A stretch of DNA of 48,152 nucleotides from a virus (lineage: Duplodnaviria; Caudoviricetes), in IMG/VR virus record IMGVR_UViG_3300010362_000028, positions 1 through 48,152 of that record; one strand, given 5' to 3'. A program made the translations under genes and the position numbers. Position 1 is the first letter of the stretch; each line of letters begins with the position of its first letter. The notes under the pieces were generated by a model. That model made no database searches. It was given only the letters and a program-made list of their open reading frames with translations, and was not told the origin of the DNA. Of the stretch, positions 1 to 8,333 are shown one piece after another.

Positions 1-36
1 GCAGCAGCCATGCTCGAAGTGGCGAGGATCGCGTGA
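1..36 (+). CDS. C-terminal end of an upstream fibre gene (probably the collagen/C1q-like fibre starting at 46941)
   Basis: Frame 1 reads AAAMLEVARIA-stop. TGA 34-36 overlaps ATG 36 of the next gene and is in frame with the ORF running off the window end. Confidence 0.6.
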   Translation, partial: AAAMLEVARIA

Positions 37-959
37 TGGCCGCGCCCGACTTTCCCGCGTCTCCCAGCATTGGGCAGACCTACACCGCTTCGAGCGGCGT
101 GATCTACACCTGGGATGGTGCCGTGTGGGCGACGAGCTCTGGCGTCGCGGCTGCGTACTGGACCGACACAGGCACGGCGCTGACGCCAACGACGGCAACG
201 CGGCAACTTGTCGTCCCTGGCCCGTCGTTAATCGGTACCACTGGCGACGTATTTGTGTTCAGCAATCGCACCGTCAAGGCGCGCTTGAACACGAATATGA
301 GCCCGGCGGCAAACGACTGTGTGCGCTTTAACCTCAACCTCAATCGGAGCGCGGCCACTGCGACTGCCGATGACAATAGCATGTCGACTTGGGAGCTGGC
401 ATTCCGCTGCGGATCGAGTGACGATTTTCGAATACTGCGAACGCCAGTGGGATCGCCTACAGCTCCGAATATCCTGCTCACTGTTGATGCCGCCGGCAAG
501 ACGACGTGCACGCTCGCGGACGGCACCGTCAATCGGGCGATGCTCGCGGCGGGGGCGGCGACGGGCACGGTCGCGACCGCCTCGGTTCCCGCGAGCTTCG
601 TGACCACGGTCTACAACCACTGGGTCGATGTCGTGACCCTCTCAATCACGACCCGTGGCGGGTTGGTCGTGCTCTCGGTGCATGGCTCCATGTCCTACAA
701 CACCTTGAATTCGACGCAGGTGAACGTGCATCAACGGTTACTGCGAGACAGCTCGGTAGGGGCCGGTGGTGTGCAGCCCGGGAACAAGGTTGGTCTTGCG
801 TCGGGGGTCATGGCCCTGCCGTCCTTCGTCGTCATGGACCAACCGGCAGCCGGGGCACACACCTACAACTATCAAGTCTATCAGGGCACTGGGGCGAGCA
901 GTTCCTTAACAGCGCTCGGCACCGCTAATGCAATCTTTTCTGCGGTTGAGATTAGCTAG
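36..959 (+). CDS. Tail fibre / receptor-binding protein
   Basis: N-terminal DFPASPSIGQTYT..YTWDG..W motif typical of phage fibres. Ala/Thr/Gly-rich, with a beta-rich C-terminus (DQPAAGAHTYNYQV). Confidence 0.75.
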   Translation: MAAPDFPASPSIGQTYTASSGVIYTWDGAVWATSSGVAAAYWTDTGTALTPTTATRQLVVPGPSLIGTTGDVFVFSNRTVKARLNTNMSPAANDCVRFNLNLNRSAATATADDNSMSTWELAFRCGSSDDFRILRTPVGSPTAPNILLTVDAAGKTTCTLADGTVNRAMLAAGAATGTVATASVPASFVTTVYNHWVDVVTLSITTRGGLVVLSVHGSMSYNTLNSTQVNVHQRLLRDSSVGAGGVQPGNKVGLASGVMALPSFVVMDQPAAGAHTYNYQVYQGTGASSSLTALGTANAIFSAVEIS

Positions 960-961
960 CC

Positions 962-1171
962 ATGACTATTACCTGCGCACTCTGTGGAAAGACGAGCGAC
1001 ACGGGCGAGGGGTGGACGTATATCCAGGTGTCCACGGCCCCCGTCCTCTCCCTCGATCCCTTGAGGCTCGGCGGTGATAGTTCCCAGCTCACCGTCGTTT
1101 ACTGCGAGCCACAACATGTCAACGGGTGGTTCACGCGGGCGGGCTTGCCGATACCGGAGCCGATATCATGA
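962..1171 (+). CDS. Small CxxC protein, possible fibre-associated chaperone
   Basis: ORF tightly packed after the fibre gene. CALC and C..H residues. ATGA overlap with the next gene. Confidence 0.55.
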   Translation: MTITCALCGKTSDTGEGWTYIQVSTAPVLSLDPLRLGGDSSQLTVVYCEPQHVNGWFTRAGLPIPEPIS

Positions 1172-1572
1172 GAGAAGAGTATATTGGTAGCGATTATCCA
1201 GGCCCGAACTTTCCGCGGCGGGGCGAGCAATGGTTCGAGTGCTACATTTGTGGGTTCGACTTCCCGTTGAGCGAGGCAAGGCGTCACTACAAATCTAATC
1301 GATTGGTGGACAGACGATGTGACGATGAGAAGACCCATGACGATTACCTAGCAGAGATGGAGATTCCTCGCGAGGATACCACCACGGTGGAGCAGCCGGT
1401 GTCTTGCCAGGGCCCGGCCGTGGATTGTGCGTGGTATACTGCCGAATGGTACGTGTGTGTTTGGTACGGTGGGGGTCACCTATGCGAGGAGAAGCCAGCT
1501 CCGGTGGGTACTGGTCTGGGATTTGGCGAGGGTAGCTTCGATAGCGAGGAAGCTGGGTTTGGGGGACGCTAA
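1168..1572 (+). CDS. Hypothetical virion-module protein (Zn-ribbon-like N-terminus, WY and GFG repeats)
   Basis: ATGA-coupled start. Contains CYICGF, WYTAEWYVCVWY and GFGEGSF...GFGG. Confidence 0.6.
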   Translation: MREEYIGSDYPGPNFPRRGEQWFECYICGFDFPLSEARRHYKSNRLVDRRCDDEKTHDDYLAEMEIPREDTTTVEQPVSCQGPAVDCAWYTAEWYVCVWYGGGHLCEEKPAPVGTGLGFGEGSFDSEEAGFGGR

Positions 1573-2168
1573 TGCGTTATGTGCTAGCCTTGGTGATTGT
1601 GTTGATTGCAACTACGGGATACGCGGCGTGTGATCCGTCTGCGCAAGCAACAACGACCCCGCGGGCTAGCCTCAAGCGTCCTGCGACGAAGCAATGCGAC
1701 TGGAACGTGCCGCTTCAGCAGACGATAGATCTCCTGGATTCTAACGGTGCATTTCTCAATGTACCCTCCTCGTGGAGCGCGCCACAGACCTTCGCGGGTG
1801 GTATCAAGGGCCAGACGATGCGTCTTGGGGGCTTATTCTTCGATCTGGGCGCTATTAGCTTGACGACGAATGACGAGTGGACTTTCCGCCTCGAAGCTGT
1901 CAAGGCTACTGTGAACCGGGTCGAATGTGAGGCGTACACGGGTACATCCTTCACGATCAAAATCTGTAATGGCGAGGATACGGGTGATGATACCTGTACG
2001 CAAGACTTGTTAACGGCTCCGTTAGTTTGCGATACGGGTGGGGCAGCTACGTCAGGTATTAGCAGCTTTTCGAGCGTTAACCCTCGTGACAAGGTAACCA
2101 TCGTGATAACGGCCGTGAGTGGAGCCGTTACGAAAGGCGAGATTTATATTCAGGGCGTAACGTCGTGA
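1572..2168 (+). CDS. Fibre/appendage-like protein with predicted Sec signal peptide
   Basis: MRYVLALVIVLIATTGYA-A signal-like N-terminus, then LKRP....W...L...DLLD resembling a fibre anchor. Six Cys. Confidence 0.65.
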   Translation: MRYVLALVIVLIATTGYAACDPSAQATTTPRASLKRPATKQCDWNVPLQQTIDLLDSNGAFLNVPSSWSAPQTFAGGIKGQTMRLGGLFFDLGAISLTTNDEWTFRLEAVKATVNRVECEAYTGTSFTIKICNGEDTGDDTCTQDLLTAPLVCDTGGAATSGISSFSSVNPRDKVTIVITAVSGAVTKGEIYIQGVTS

Positions 2169-3130
2169 GGTGGATTGTGGCTATTTGCCTGCTAGCGATG
2201 CAGGCCAATGCAGCTATGGTGAGCGTGTTTAGGCGCGCGGTGCCGACTACGACGACGAGTACGTCGACTTCGAGTACGACGTCTACCTCTACGACTAGCT
2301 CAAGTACTAGTTCTAGCAGCTCGACCAGTTCATCGTCGACTAGTAGTAGCACGCTTATTGCGGCGCCTTCGTGGGTCCCTCTCACTATGGCCACATGGTT
2401 CCTTGATGAGGCGGTTAACAATGATCGCTTGAATGCGCAGGGCAACACGGGTCGCAATCTCACGCAGGCGGGTGGCTCGGTGAATAGCAGCACTGTGTTT
2501 AAGATGGAAGGTGGCGCTTCGGCAAGCTTCACGACAACTCCATCGCTTCGCTGCAATGATGCGGCTTGTAACAGCATGAATGCGCCGTATTCGTGCGCGC
2601 TGTGGGTACGGCCGCATACTATGACAGCGGGTGGCTATCCTGCTATAGTGCAAGTTGGCAATGGAGGACCCGCTGGCTTCTATATTGGTTATGAGGTGAA
2701 TGGGCAACGGGCTTTTGGGGGCATGAATGGTAACCTAGCGTATACGCCGAACAATAGCATTCCTCCAAACACTTGGGCACACATTGCTCTCACCTTCCCT
2801 GGTAGTGCGGATCAGGTTCAGCGACTCTATATGAATGGAGCTTTCGCTGCGCAGGTGAGCCCATCCTCGTATAGTCCTGCTCCTGGGGCAGGCTGGCCTC
2901 TCATTGTCAATGATTCCCTTGGTGGTCCGTCTCCTCTTATTGCAGAGGTTGATGAGTTGACTTGCTTCACACAAGTACTTACTGCTAGTTCCATCTGTCG
3001 TATCTGTTCGTGCGGAGTGCGGGGTGAGCAGTGTACTTGCTCTGGAGCTAGCTATACCAATAGCGGGCGGAATGCGGCTAACTGTGGAAGCTGTACGCTG
3101 CCCGCGTGTAACGCTGCGACTCCTCCATGA
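2165..3130 (+). CDS. LamG/concanavalin A-like domain protein with signal peptide, Ser/Thr linker and Cys-rich tail
   Basis: MRWIVAICLLAMQANA-A signal and a roughly 36-residue S/T tract. LamG hallmarks (CALWVRP, WAHIALTF, RLYMNG, VDEL). Many C-terminal Cys. Confidence 0.75.
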   Translation: MRWIVAICLLAMQANAAMVSVFRRAVPTTTTSTSTSSTTSTSTTSSSTSSSSSTSSSSTSSSTLIAAPSWVPLTMATWFLDEAVNNDRLNAQGNTGRNLTQAGGSVNSSTVFKMEGGASASFTTTPSLRCNDAACNSMNAPYSCALWVRPHTMTAGGYPAIVQVGNGGPAGFYIGYEVNGQRAFGGMNGNLAYTPNNSIPPNTWAHIALTFPGSADQVQRLYMNGAFAAQVSPSSYSPAPGAGWPLIVNDSLGGPSPLIAEVDELTCFTQVLTASSICRICSCGVRGEQCTCSGASYTNSGRNAANCGSCTLPACNAATPP

Positions 3131-3139
3131 GGTAAGAAT

Positions 3140-4516
3140 ATGGCCATTCAACGTGCAATAAAGCGGGGGGACGTGAGAACGTTCCAGGCATCCTACGAGA
3201 AGAACTTCAAAGATATTTGGGCGACGGAGGTCGATGCTGATTTCGATATTCTGTTCGAAGGTTATAATGTGGGTCTGCCTCCTAGTGGACCTGCGGGTGG
3301 CGATCTTGTAGGAAGTTATCCAAACCCAGAGATTGGTCCTGGAGTTGTTGGGACTCCCGAACTTAACCCATCGGTCCTAGCTAACTTGCTCCCAGGCCAC
3401 ACGGTGGCTGATGCTGATAAGATTCTACTCGTGGATGACAATGGTAATTTAGTTTGGGCTTATCCGTCTGGGATCGTCGCAGGCACGCAGTGGGATATAG
3501 ATAACACGGCCGCAGGTCAAGGAAACCGAGTTTATTCCTCGCGCGATCCTACTTCGAATATATTCTACCATATTCGGGCTGCTGCGTACGCGTATCTATT
3601 TGGGCCAACTGACACAGATCCCGCTACTAGTACCTCTCTGTACGGGGCTAGCAACAATCTAATAGTTCGATCTAAGGGTGGTCTTTCTCTGCTTAATCGG
3701 ACCAATGTCGTGTGCCTAACTGGTGAAACGAATGGGTGCACGATCAACTTTGGAACTAACTCAAACGCCTCCCCTCCTAACGGGATGATTCAGTGGACTG
3801 GTAGTGCGTTTCAGGGTCGGATAGGTGGCGCGTGGGTAGATATGCGGTCGCCAAGCGGTGCGGTGCCTGCGGGTGGCTCGCTTGAGGGAACGTATCCATC
3901 GCCGGTGATCGCTACTGGGGCGATTACTAACTCGATGGTCAACAACGTTGCGTGGGTGAAGATAACGGGTGCGCCAACCTCGTTCCCACCAACGGGGGCA
4001 ATTGCCTCTGGATCGTTGGCGGGAAGCGCGTATCCAAATCCAGTGGTTGCGACGGGAGCGATCAGCCAATCACAGATCTCTGTGGGTGCGATCCTTCGCT
4101 CGATCCCTGGTTCCTTTGAGATCTTGAAGAATTACTCGTATTCTACATCGCCCCCAAACGGGACGTATTGGGTCTGGAAGACAATCTCGCAACCGGGGGG
4201 TGTGTATACCGCAGTGGCCAATCAGAGTTTCTTGATTTTGGGTCACGGGACTGCTGCCCTAGCATCGGCGTCTGGGACCCAAGGTGCTGGTGTTCGGTTG
4301 AGGCGAGAGCCTGGTGGGGTAGAGATCAAGGCATGGGGAGCGAATACTAGCTTCAATGGTGTCAACCAGATGCCATTCCCGCTTACGTTTGCGATAATGG
4401 ATGTGCCTGGTGCCGGGAACTGGACGTATTATGTCGATGTGTTGTGCGAGACAGGTATCGGTAACATCGTTACGTCGGATTGGCCGGGTGGCTTCTCCGT
4501 ATGGCCTTTGCTATGA
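3140..4516 (+). CDS. Tail fibre / tail-associated protein
   Basis: Repeated GPAGGDLxGxYPNP-type motifs. The C-terminal DVPGAGNWTYYV resembles the C-terminus of the 36-959 fibre. Confidence 0.7.
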   Translation: MAIQRAIKRGDVRTFQASYEKNFKDIWATEVDADFDILFEGYNVGLPPSGPAGGDLVGSYPNPEIGPGVVGTPELNPSVLANLLPGHTVADADKILLVDDNGNLVWAYPSGIVAGTQWDIDNTAAGQGNRVYSSRDPTSNIFYHIRAAAYAYLFGPTDTDPATSTSLYGASNNLIVRSKGGLSLLNRTNVVCLTGETNGCTINFGTNSNASPPNGMIQWTGSAFQGRIGGAWVDMRSPSGAVPAGGSLEGTYPSPVIATGAITNSMVNNVAWVKITGAPTSFPPTGAIASGSLAGSAYPNPVVATGAISQSQISVGAILRSIPGSFEILKNYSYSTSPPNGTYWVWKTISQPGGVYTAVANQSFLILGHGTAALASASGTQGAGVRLRREPGGVEIKAWGANTSFNGVNQMPFPLTFAIMDVPGAGNWTYYVDVLCETGIGNIVTSDWPGGFSVWPLL

Positions 4517-4764
4517 CACTTACAGAGCGTCGTGAGACATTGATGCAGCAACTTAAACAGACGCAGATTCAGGTTTATCAGATCGAGGGCGCCATTGCGA
4601 TGTGCGATGCGTTGATCCGGGAGGCAACGGATGAATGCGCAAACCTACGACGACATCAAGGCGGAAGTGATCAAGCGCCTGGGGAATCGACAGGATCTGT
4701 CGACGAGGATCGACCAGTGGGCAATGGACGCGTTTACGGAACTAACTCAGGCTCCGAAGGCTAG
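4513..4764 (+). CDS. Small coiled-coil protein (fibre chaperone-like)
   Basis: ATGA-coupled start. MTLTERRETLMQQLKQ...IEGAI heptad pattern. The tail overlaps the next gene. Confidence 0.5.
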   Translation: MTLTERRETLMQQLKQTQIQVYQIEGAIAMCDALIREATDECANLRRHQGGSDQAPGESTGSVDEDRPVGNGRVYGTNSGSEG

Positions 4765-5239
4765 CTTCCGCGAGCTCGACGCGCTGTTCGAGTTCACGGC
4801 GATAGCGAAAAACCCGCGGGTAGATACACCGCCGGATTTCTGGTTCATTCTATCGCTACGGGATCCGACACGGAAGCTCGACCAGGTCCACTGGCAAGTT
4901 CTGGATCGGACGTATCGGACGCTGGGGGTCGCGACTCGATTCGCGCGATACCAAGATCATTTGGAACTGGATCCAATCCCGAGCCAAGACCAGTCGATGA
5001 CGATGCGGTATCGTCGCCGGCTGCCGAAGCTCATTGCGGGGATGCCAATTCCGCTGGAGCGCGAGTGGCACGAGATGCTGGTGACTCTGACGGTGGCTAA
5101 GGGGCTTGAGGCCCTACAGCGCTTTGAGGAAGCTGCGCCGTATAAGGGCTCGGTAGATGCGAACCTTGCTAGCCGAATGGACAACCCACTGTTGGAAGAT
5201 GATGGATTCGAGACAACGATTGCGGTACGGTACCGTTGA
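4631..5239 (+). CDS. Head-tail adaptor (podovirus gatekeeper-type)
   Basis: GAGG RBS. TYDDIKAEVIKRLG N-terminal helix and LELDPIP...MRY pattern. Positioned before the nozzle gene. Confidence 0.7.
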   Translation: MNAQTYDDIKAEVIKRLGNRQDLSTRIDQWAMDAFTELTQAPKASFRELDALFEFTAIAKNPRVDTPPDFWFILSLRDPTRKLDQVHWQVLDRTYRTLGVATRFARYQDHLELDPIPSQDQSMTMRYRRRLPKLIAGMPIPLEREWHEMLVTLTVAKGLEALQRFEEAAPYKGSVDANLASRMDNPLLEDDGFETTIAVRYR

Positions 5240-5266
5240 TCGTTCACTAATTGAAGGGGCAAGAGA

Positions 5267-6850
5267 GTGGGTGCGCAGGGAATCGGCCGAAACCAGGTCC
5301 CTACGAAGGGCTTATACCTCAGCGCCGTGTCTGACTCGATTAGTCCCGAGTATAGTCCCGCTTGCCAGAACGTGCGATTTAGGTTCGGGAACATAGAGCG
5401 GGCTCCCGGTCGTAGCACTGTGTTGTTTACTGGCTCCCAAACGCTGCTGGACTTTGCGCGACATACTGACTTTTCAAGTATCTCGACTGTGCTTTCGTTG
5501 CATGCTAACACATTAAACGACAATCATTACTTGCTGTACAATGAGGTGGGACAAGATCTTGAGCCTGGGGGAGCCATACCCGTTAATTCGCTGTTTGATA
5601 CTCGGTTCTCGTGGACGCAGGGTGAGGAACGGCTATTTGTTGTGCGAGCGTCGTCGGTGGTAGCAATTCGCAAGAGTGCGAGCCAGGTTTGGAGCACGGA
5701 GACGTTGCTTAGTCCAGTAGGTCTATATCTGGAATACTTTAAGAACCGTGTATTCTTGATGAATATCCTGCAGGGCTCGCCGGACCTACAACCGTATGCA
5801 AACCGCTTATGGTGGTCGCAACGTGGTACGTATTCAAACTGGGACATTGCAACTGGGGGCGGCTTCCTGGATCTGTATGATGGAACCTCGGAGCCATTGT
5901 GTGGGGGCAAGGTTCTAAACGATCGACTGGTAGTGTATCGGCAATCTTCGATCACGGATATGGTGCCGACGGGCGACGATGTGAACCCGTTCCTACCCGA
6001 GGTGCGGGTCAACGGAATTGGTTGTAATGCGCCATTCACGCTTGCATCGGTGGGACAGTTTCATTTTTTCGTGTCCAACGATTACAACGTGTACATGTGG
6101 GATGGGACGCGGTTGACAGCGGTCGGGACGCCTATCCACTCGTACCTGAGGCGAATCTTCGAAGCTGGAACTTCAGGGAAGCTAACCCCGTTTGCCAAGA
6201 CGTTTATGGGCTTCAAGGAATACTGGCTCGTATTCCCGAGAGTGGCGAGCGAGAACAACGCGTCAGTCGTACTGATTTATGACTATCTACGGGACTCGTG
6301 GACTAAGGATGTGCACACGAATTTGTATGCGTTGTATGAGCACGTGCAACCTCTGAAGACGAGTACGCCGGGTGCTATCACAACAGGTTACCCCAGTAAC
6401 TATCCAACGATGCTGGCGTCACGGGACAAAGATCTATACATCATTGATGAGCGGATCCTTGGCGATCGACTCTCTCGGCCAGCGGATGGTGGAATGGAGA
6501 TGTACTTCGATACGCCAGATATGTACTACGATCAAAACGCGATGACTAACGCGACGCTTGAGCGGGTAATGGTCTCGCAATCGATGCCCCAGCAAGCGAC
6601 AGATCCTAAGTATAATGTAGAGGTGAGCACCGATCGGGGTCTTAACTTCCCAACTATGGTGCCAGTGACTCCGGTGCAGACGCACTGGGGTTGGGAGTTT
6701 GCGGACTTCAATGTATCTAGCCAGGTTCGTAGGTACCGATTTCGGTATCCTGTGACCGTTGGAAATGCACAACCATCTTGGAGATCGTACAGCGACATTT
6801 ATGTTCCCTCAGGCGAATTTTTCCCCGTCGACAGACCAATTGGCTCTTAG
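5267..6850 (+). CDS. Tail nozzle / stabilisation protein (P22 gp10 / T7 gp12-like)
   Basis: 527 aa, beta-propeller-like. Motifs NVRF, NRLWWS, GIGC.AP, VLIYDY...W, VSTDRG. Confidence 0.75.
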   Translation: MGAQGIGRNQVPTKGLYLSAVSDSISPEYSPACQNVRFRFGNIERAPGRSTVLFTGSQTLLDFARHTDFSSISTVLSLHANTLNDNHYLLYNEVGQDLEPGGAIPVNSLFDTRFSWTQGEERLFVVRASSVVAIRKSASQVWSTETLLSPVGLYLEYFKNRVFLMNILQGSPDLQPYANRLWWSQRGTYSNWDIATGGGFLDLYDGTSEPLCGGKVLNDRLVVYRQSSITDMVPTGDDVNPFLPEVRVNGIGCNAPFTLASVGQFHFFVSNDYNVYMWDGTRLTAVGTPIHSYLRRIFEAGTSGKLTPFAKTFMGFKEYWLVFPRVASENNASVVLIYDYLRDSWTKDVHTNLYALYEHVQPLKTSTPGAITTGYPSNYPTMLASRDKDLYIIDERILGDRLSRPADGGMEMYFDTPDMYYDQNAMTNATLERVMVSQSMPQQATDPKYNVEVSTDRGLNFPTMVPVTPVQTHWGWEFADFNVSSQVRRYRFRYPVTVGNAQPSWRSYSDIYVPSGEFFPVDRPIGS

Positions 6851-7481
6851 TTATCGGCCGCTTGTTCTGGTCAAGGGCAAGCTTGAATATCTGTGGGATC
6901 GTATGCGGCAGTACCCACAGATGTTCGACGACGTTATTCCTCGAACGTTTGAGGCGTTCAAGGCCGGTATGATGGCTCCCCAGAACCAATTCTATGAGTT
7001 CGTGCAGGGGAACGAGATCGTGGGCCTCGCGGCTGCGACGCAGGTTCGCCCGAACCTAGACGCCAACATGCACGTTATCATGTTCGATCGACGGTTGCGT
7101 GGTCGTGAGGAGATCTTGAAGGATGCCTTGCGGGACTTTGCTGTGAGGGCCAAGCTTCGGCGGATGACAGTTGTGTTGCCAGAGGATAACCGGACTGCTA
7201 TCAAGCTCGTTGGGCGGCTAGGCTTCACGCTTGAGGGCGTGATGAGAAAGGCGCATCTGCGCGATGGAATCTACCGCGACTATCATATCTTCGGAATCCT
7301 CCTCGAAGAACTGTTCGATTGGCACGGCGACAGTGGACGATCTACATCTGTTGGGGGAGATGGGAACGGTGTTCGCGAACCTGTACGGGGCGGGCCTGAT
7401 GAAGTTCGACCCGATGGTGTTCAAGAGGAAGATGTTGGAGTTCATGAGCAAGGGTCTGGGGATAGTCCTCTGTGCACATGA
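6801..7481 (+). CDS. GNAT family N-acetyltransferase (RimJ/RimL-like)
   Basis: N..AIKL..RLGFTLEGVMRK....DG...D..IFGIL motif. Confidence 0.8.
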   Translation: MFPQANFSPSTDQLALSYRPLVLVKGKLEYLWDRMRQYPQMFDDVIPRTFEAFKAGMMAPQNQFYEFVQGNEIVGLAAATQVRPNLDANMHVIMFDRRLRGREEILKDALRDFAVRAKLRRMTVVLPEDNRTAIKLVGRLGFTLEGVMRKAHLRDGIYRDYHIFGILLEELFDWHGDSGRSTSVGGDGNGVREPVRGGPDEVRPDGVQEEDVGVHEQGSGDSPLCT

Positions 7482-7758
7482 GAACTTCGAATTGCGGGGC
7501 GCGATCGCGGGCCTCTTGTACGAGAACGTCTTCGATGGCGAGTGGTGTGCTAGCGAGATGTTTTGGTATGTGTGGCCCGGGGCACCAAAGGGAACAGGGC
7601 ACGCGTTACTTGACGCGTTCGAGGAGTGGGCTCGATTCCGTAAGGCTACGCGGGTGACGATGGCGTACATGCTCCACAATATGCCCGAGCGCCTAGCTGA
7701 GTACTATGAGCGACGTGGGTATCGGGCGTTCGAGACACACTATGTAAAGGCTCTATGA
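7264..7758 (+). CDS. Second GNAT family acetyltransferase (start uncertain)
   Basis: ATVDDL..L.EMG, EMFWYV...KGTG..LL..FEEWAR, YYERRGY. Confidence 0.75.
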   Translation: MESTATIISSESSSKNCSIGTATVDDLHLLGEMGTVFANLYGAGLMKFDPMVFKRKMLEFMSKGLGIVLCAHENFELRGAIAGLLYENVFDGEWCASEMFWYVWPGAPKGTGHALLDAFEEWARFRKATRVTMAYMLHNMPERLAEYYERRGYRAFETHYVKAL

Positions 7759-8324
7759 TTCCGTACTTCTACGTGCTGGACGAATTCTTCCCAAACTACG
7801 AGTTCGATTTGCTGCGGGATTATGCGTTGCGCCTTGAGTACAAGGACCAGGTAGCACCATTCGATGGTGTTACGTACAAGAACATCGGGCTGCCGGTGCC
7901 GGATGGGGCACTAATGCGGATCAGTACGAATCTGTCTTGGCTCCTTGGGTACAAGGTGATGCCCAAGCATTGCGCGTTCCGCCTTTCGCTTGAGGGCAGC
8001 TCACCACCTCAGTGGGCTCATAGCGATGCGGAAGTCGCAAGATTTGGGATGTTTATCTACCTTAATCCAGGGCCTGGTGGCACCGTGTTACTTGAGCACA
8101 AACTCACCGGGATGCGTCAGCATCCTCGGACGATGGATGAGTTAGATGCATGGCGCTTTGACCATAACGATCCAGATAAGTGGGAGATAAGGGCGTCCAT
8201 TGACAGCGCACCTAACCGGGCGGTGGTGTTGCAGGCAGGCCTTATCCATGCGGCGCTTCCATTCTGGGGGTTCGGTGATGGTGTGCACAATGGACGCCTC
8301 ATTCTTCTTTGCTTCTTTGATTAA
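7755..8324 (+). CDS. 2OG-Fe(II) oxygenase-like protein (DUF6445-like)
   Basis: HSD...IYLN...GT...NRAV......HA....GFG....RL....F, i.e. an HxD...H facial triad plus a distal Arg. Confidence 0.7.
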   Translation: MIPYFYVLDEFFPNYEFDLLRDYALRLEYKDQVAPFDGVTYKNIGLPVPDGALMRISTNLSWLLGYKVMPKHCAFRLSLEGSSPPQWAHSDAEVARFGMFIYLNPGPGGTVLLEHKLTGMRQHPRTMDELDAWRFDHNDPDKWEIRASIDSAPNRAVVLQAGLIHAALPFWGFGDGVHNGRLILLCFFD

Positions 8325-8333
8325 GGGGGCACT

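Noticed and set aside
36-4516. Diversity-generating retroelement or invertible fibre cassette
   Set aside because: No reverse transcriptase, recombinase or template/variable repeat pair was seen.
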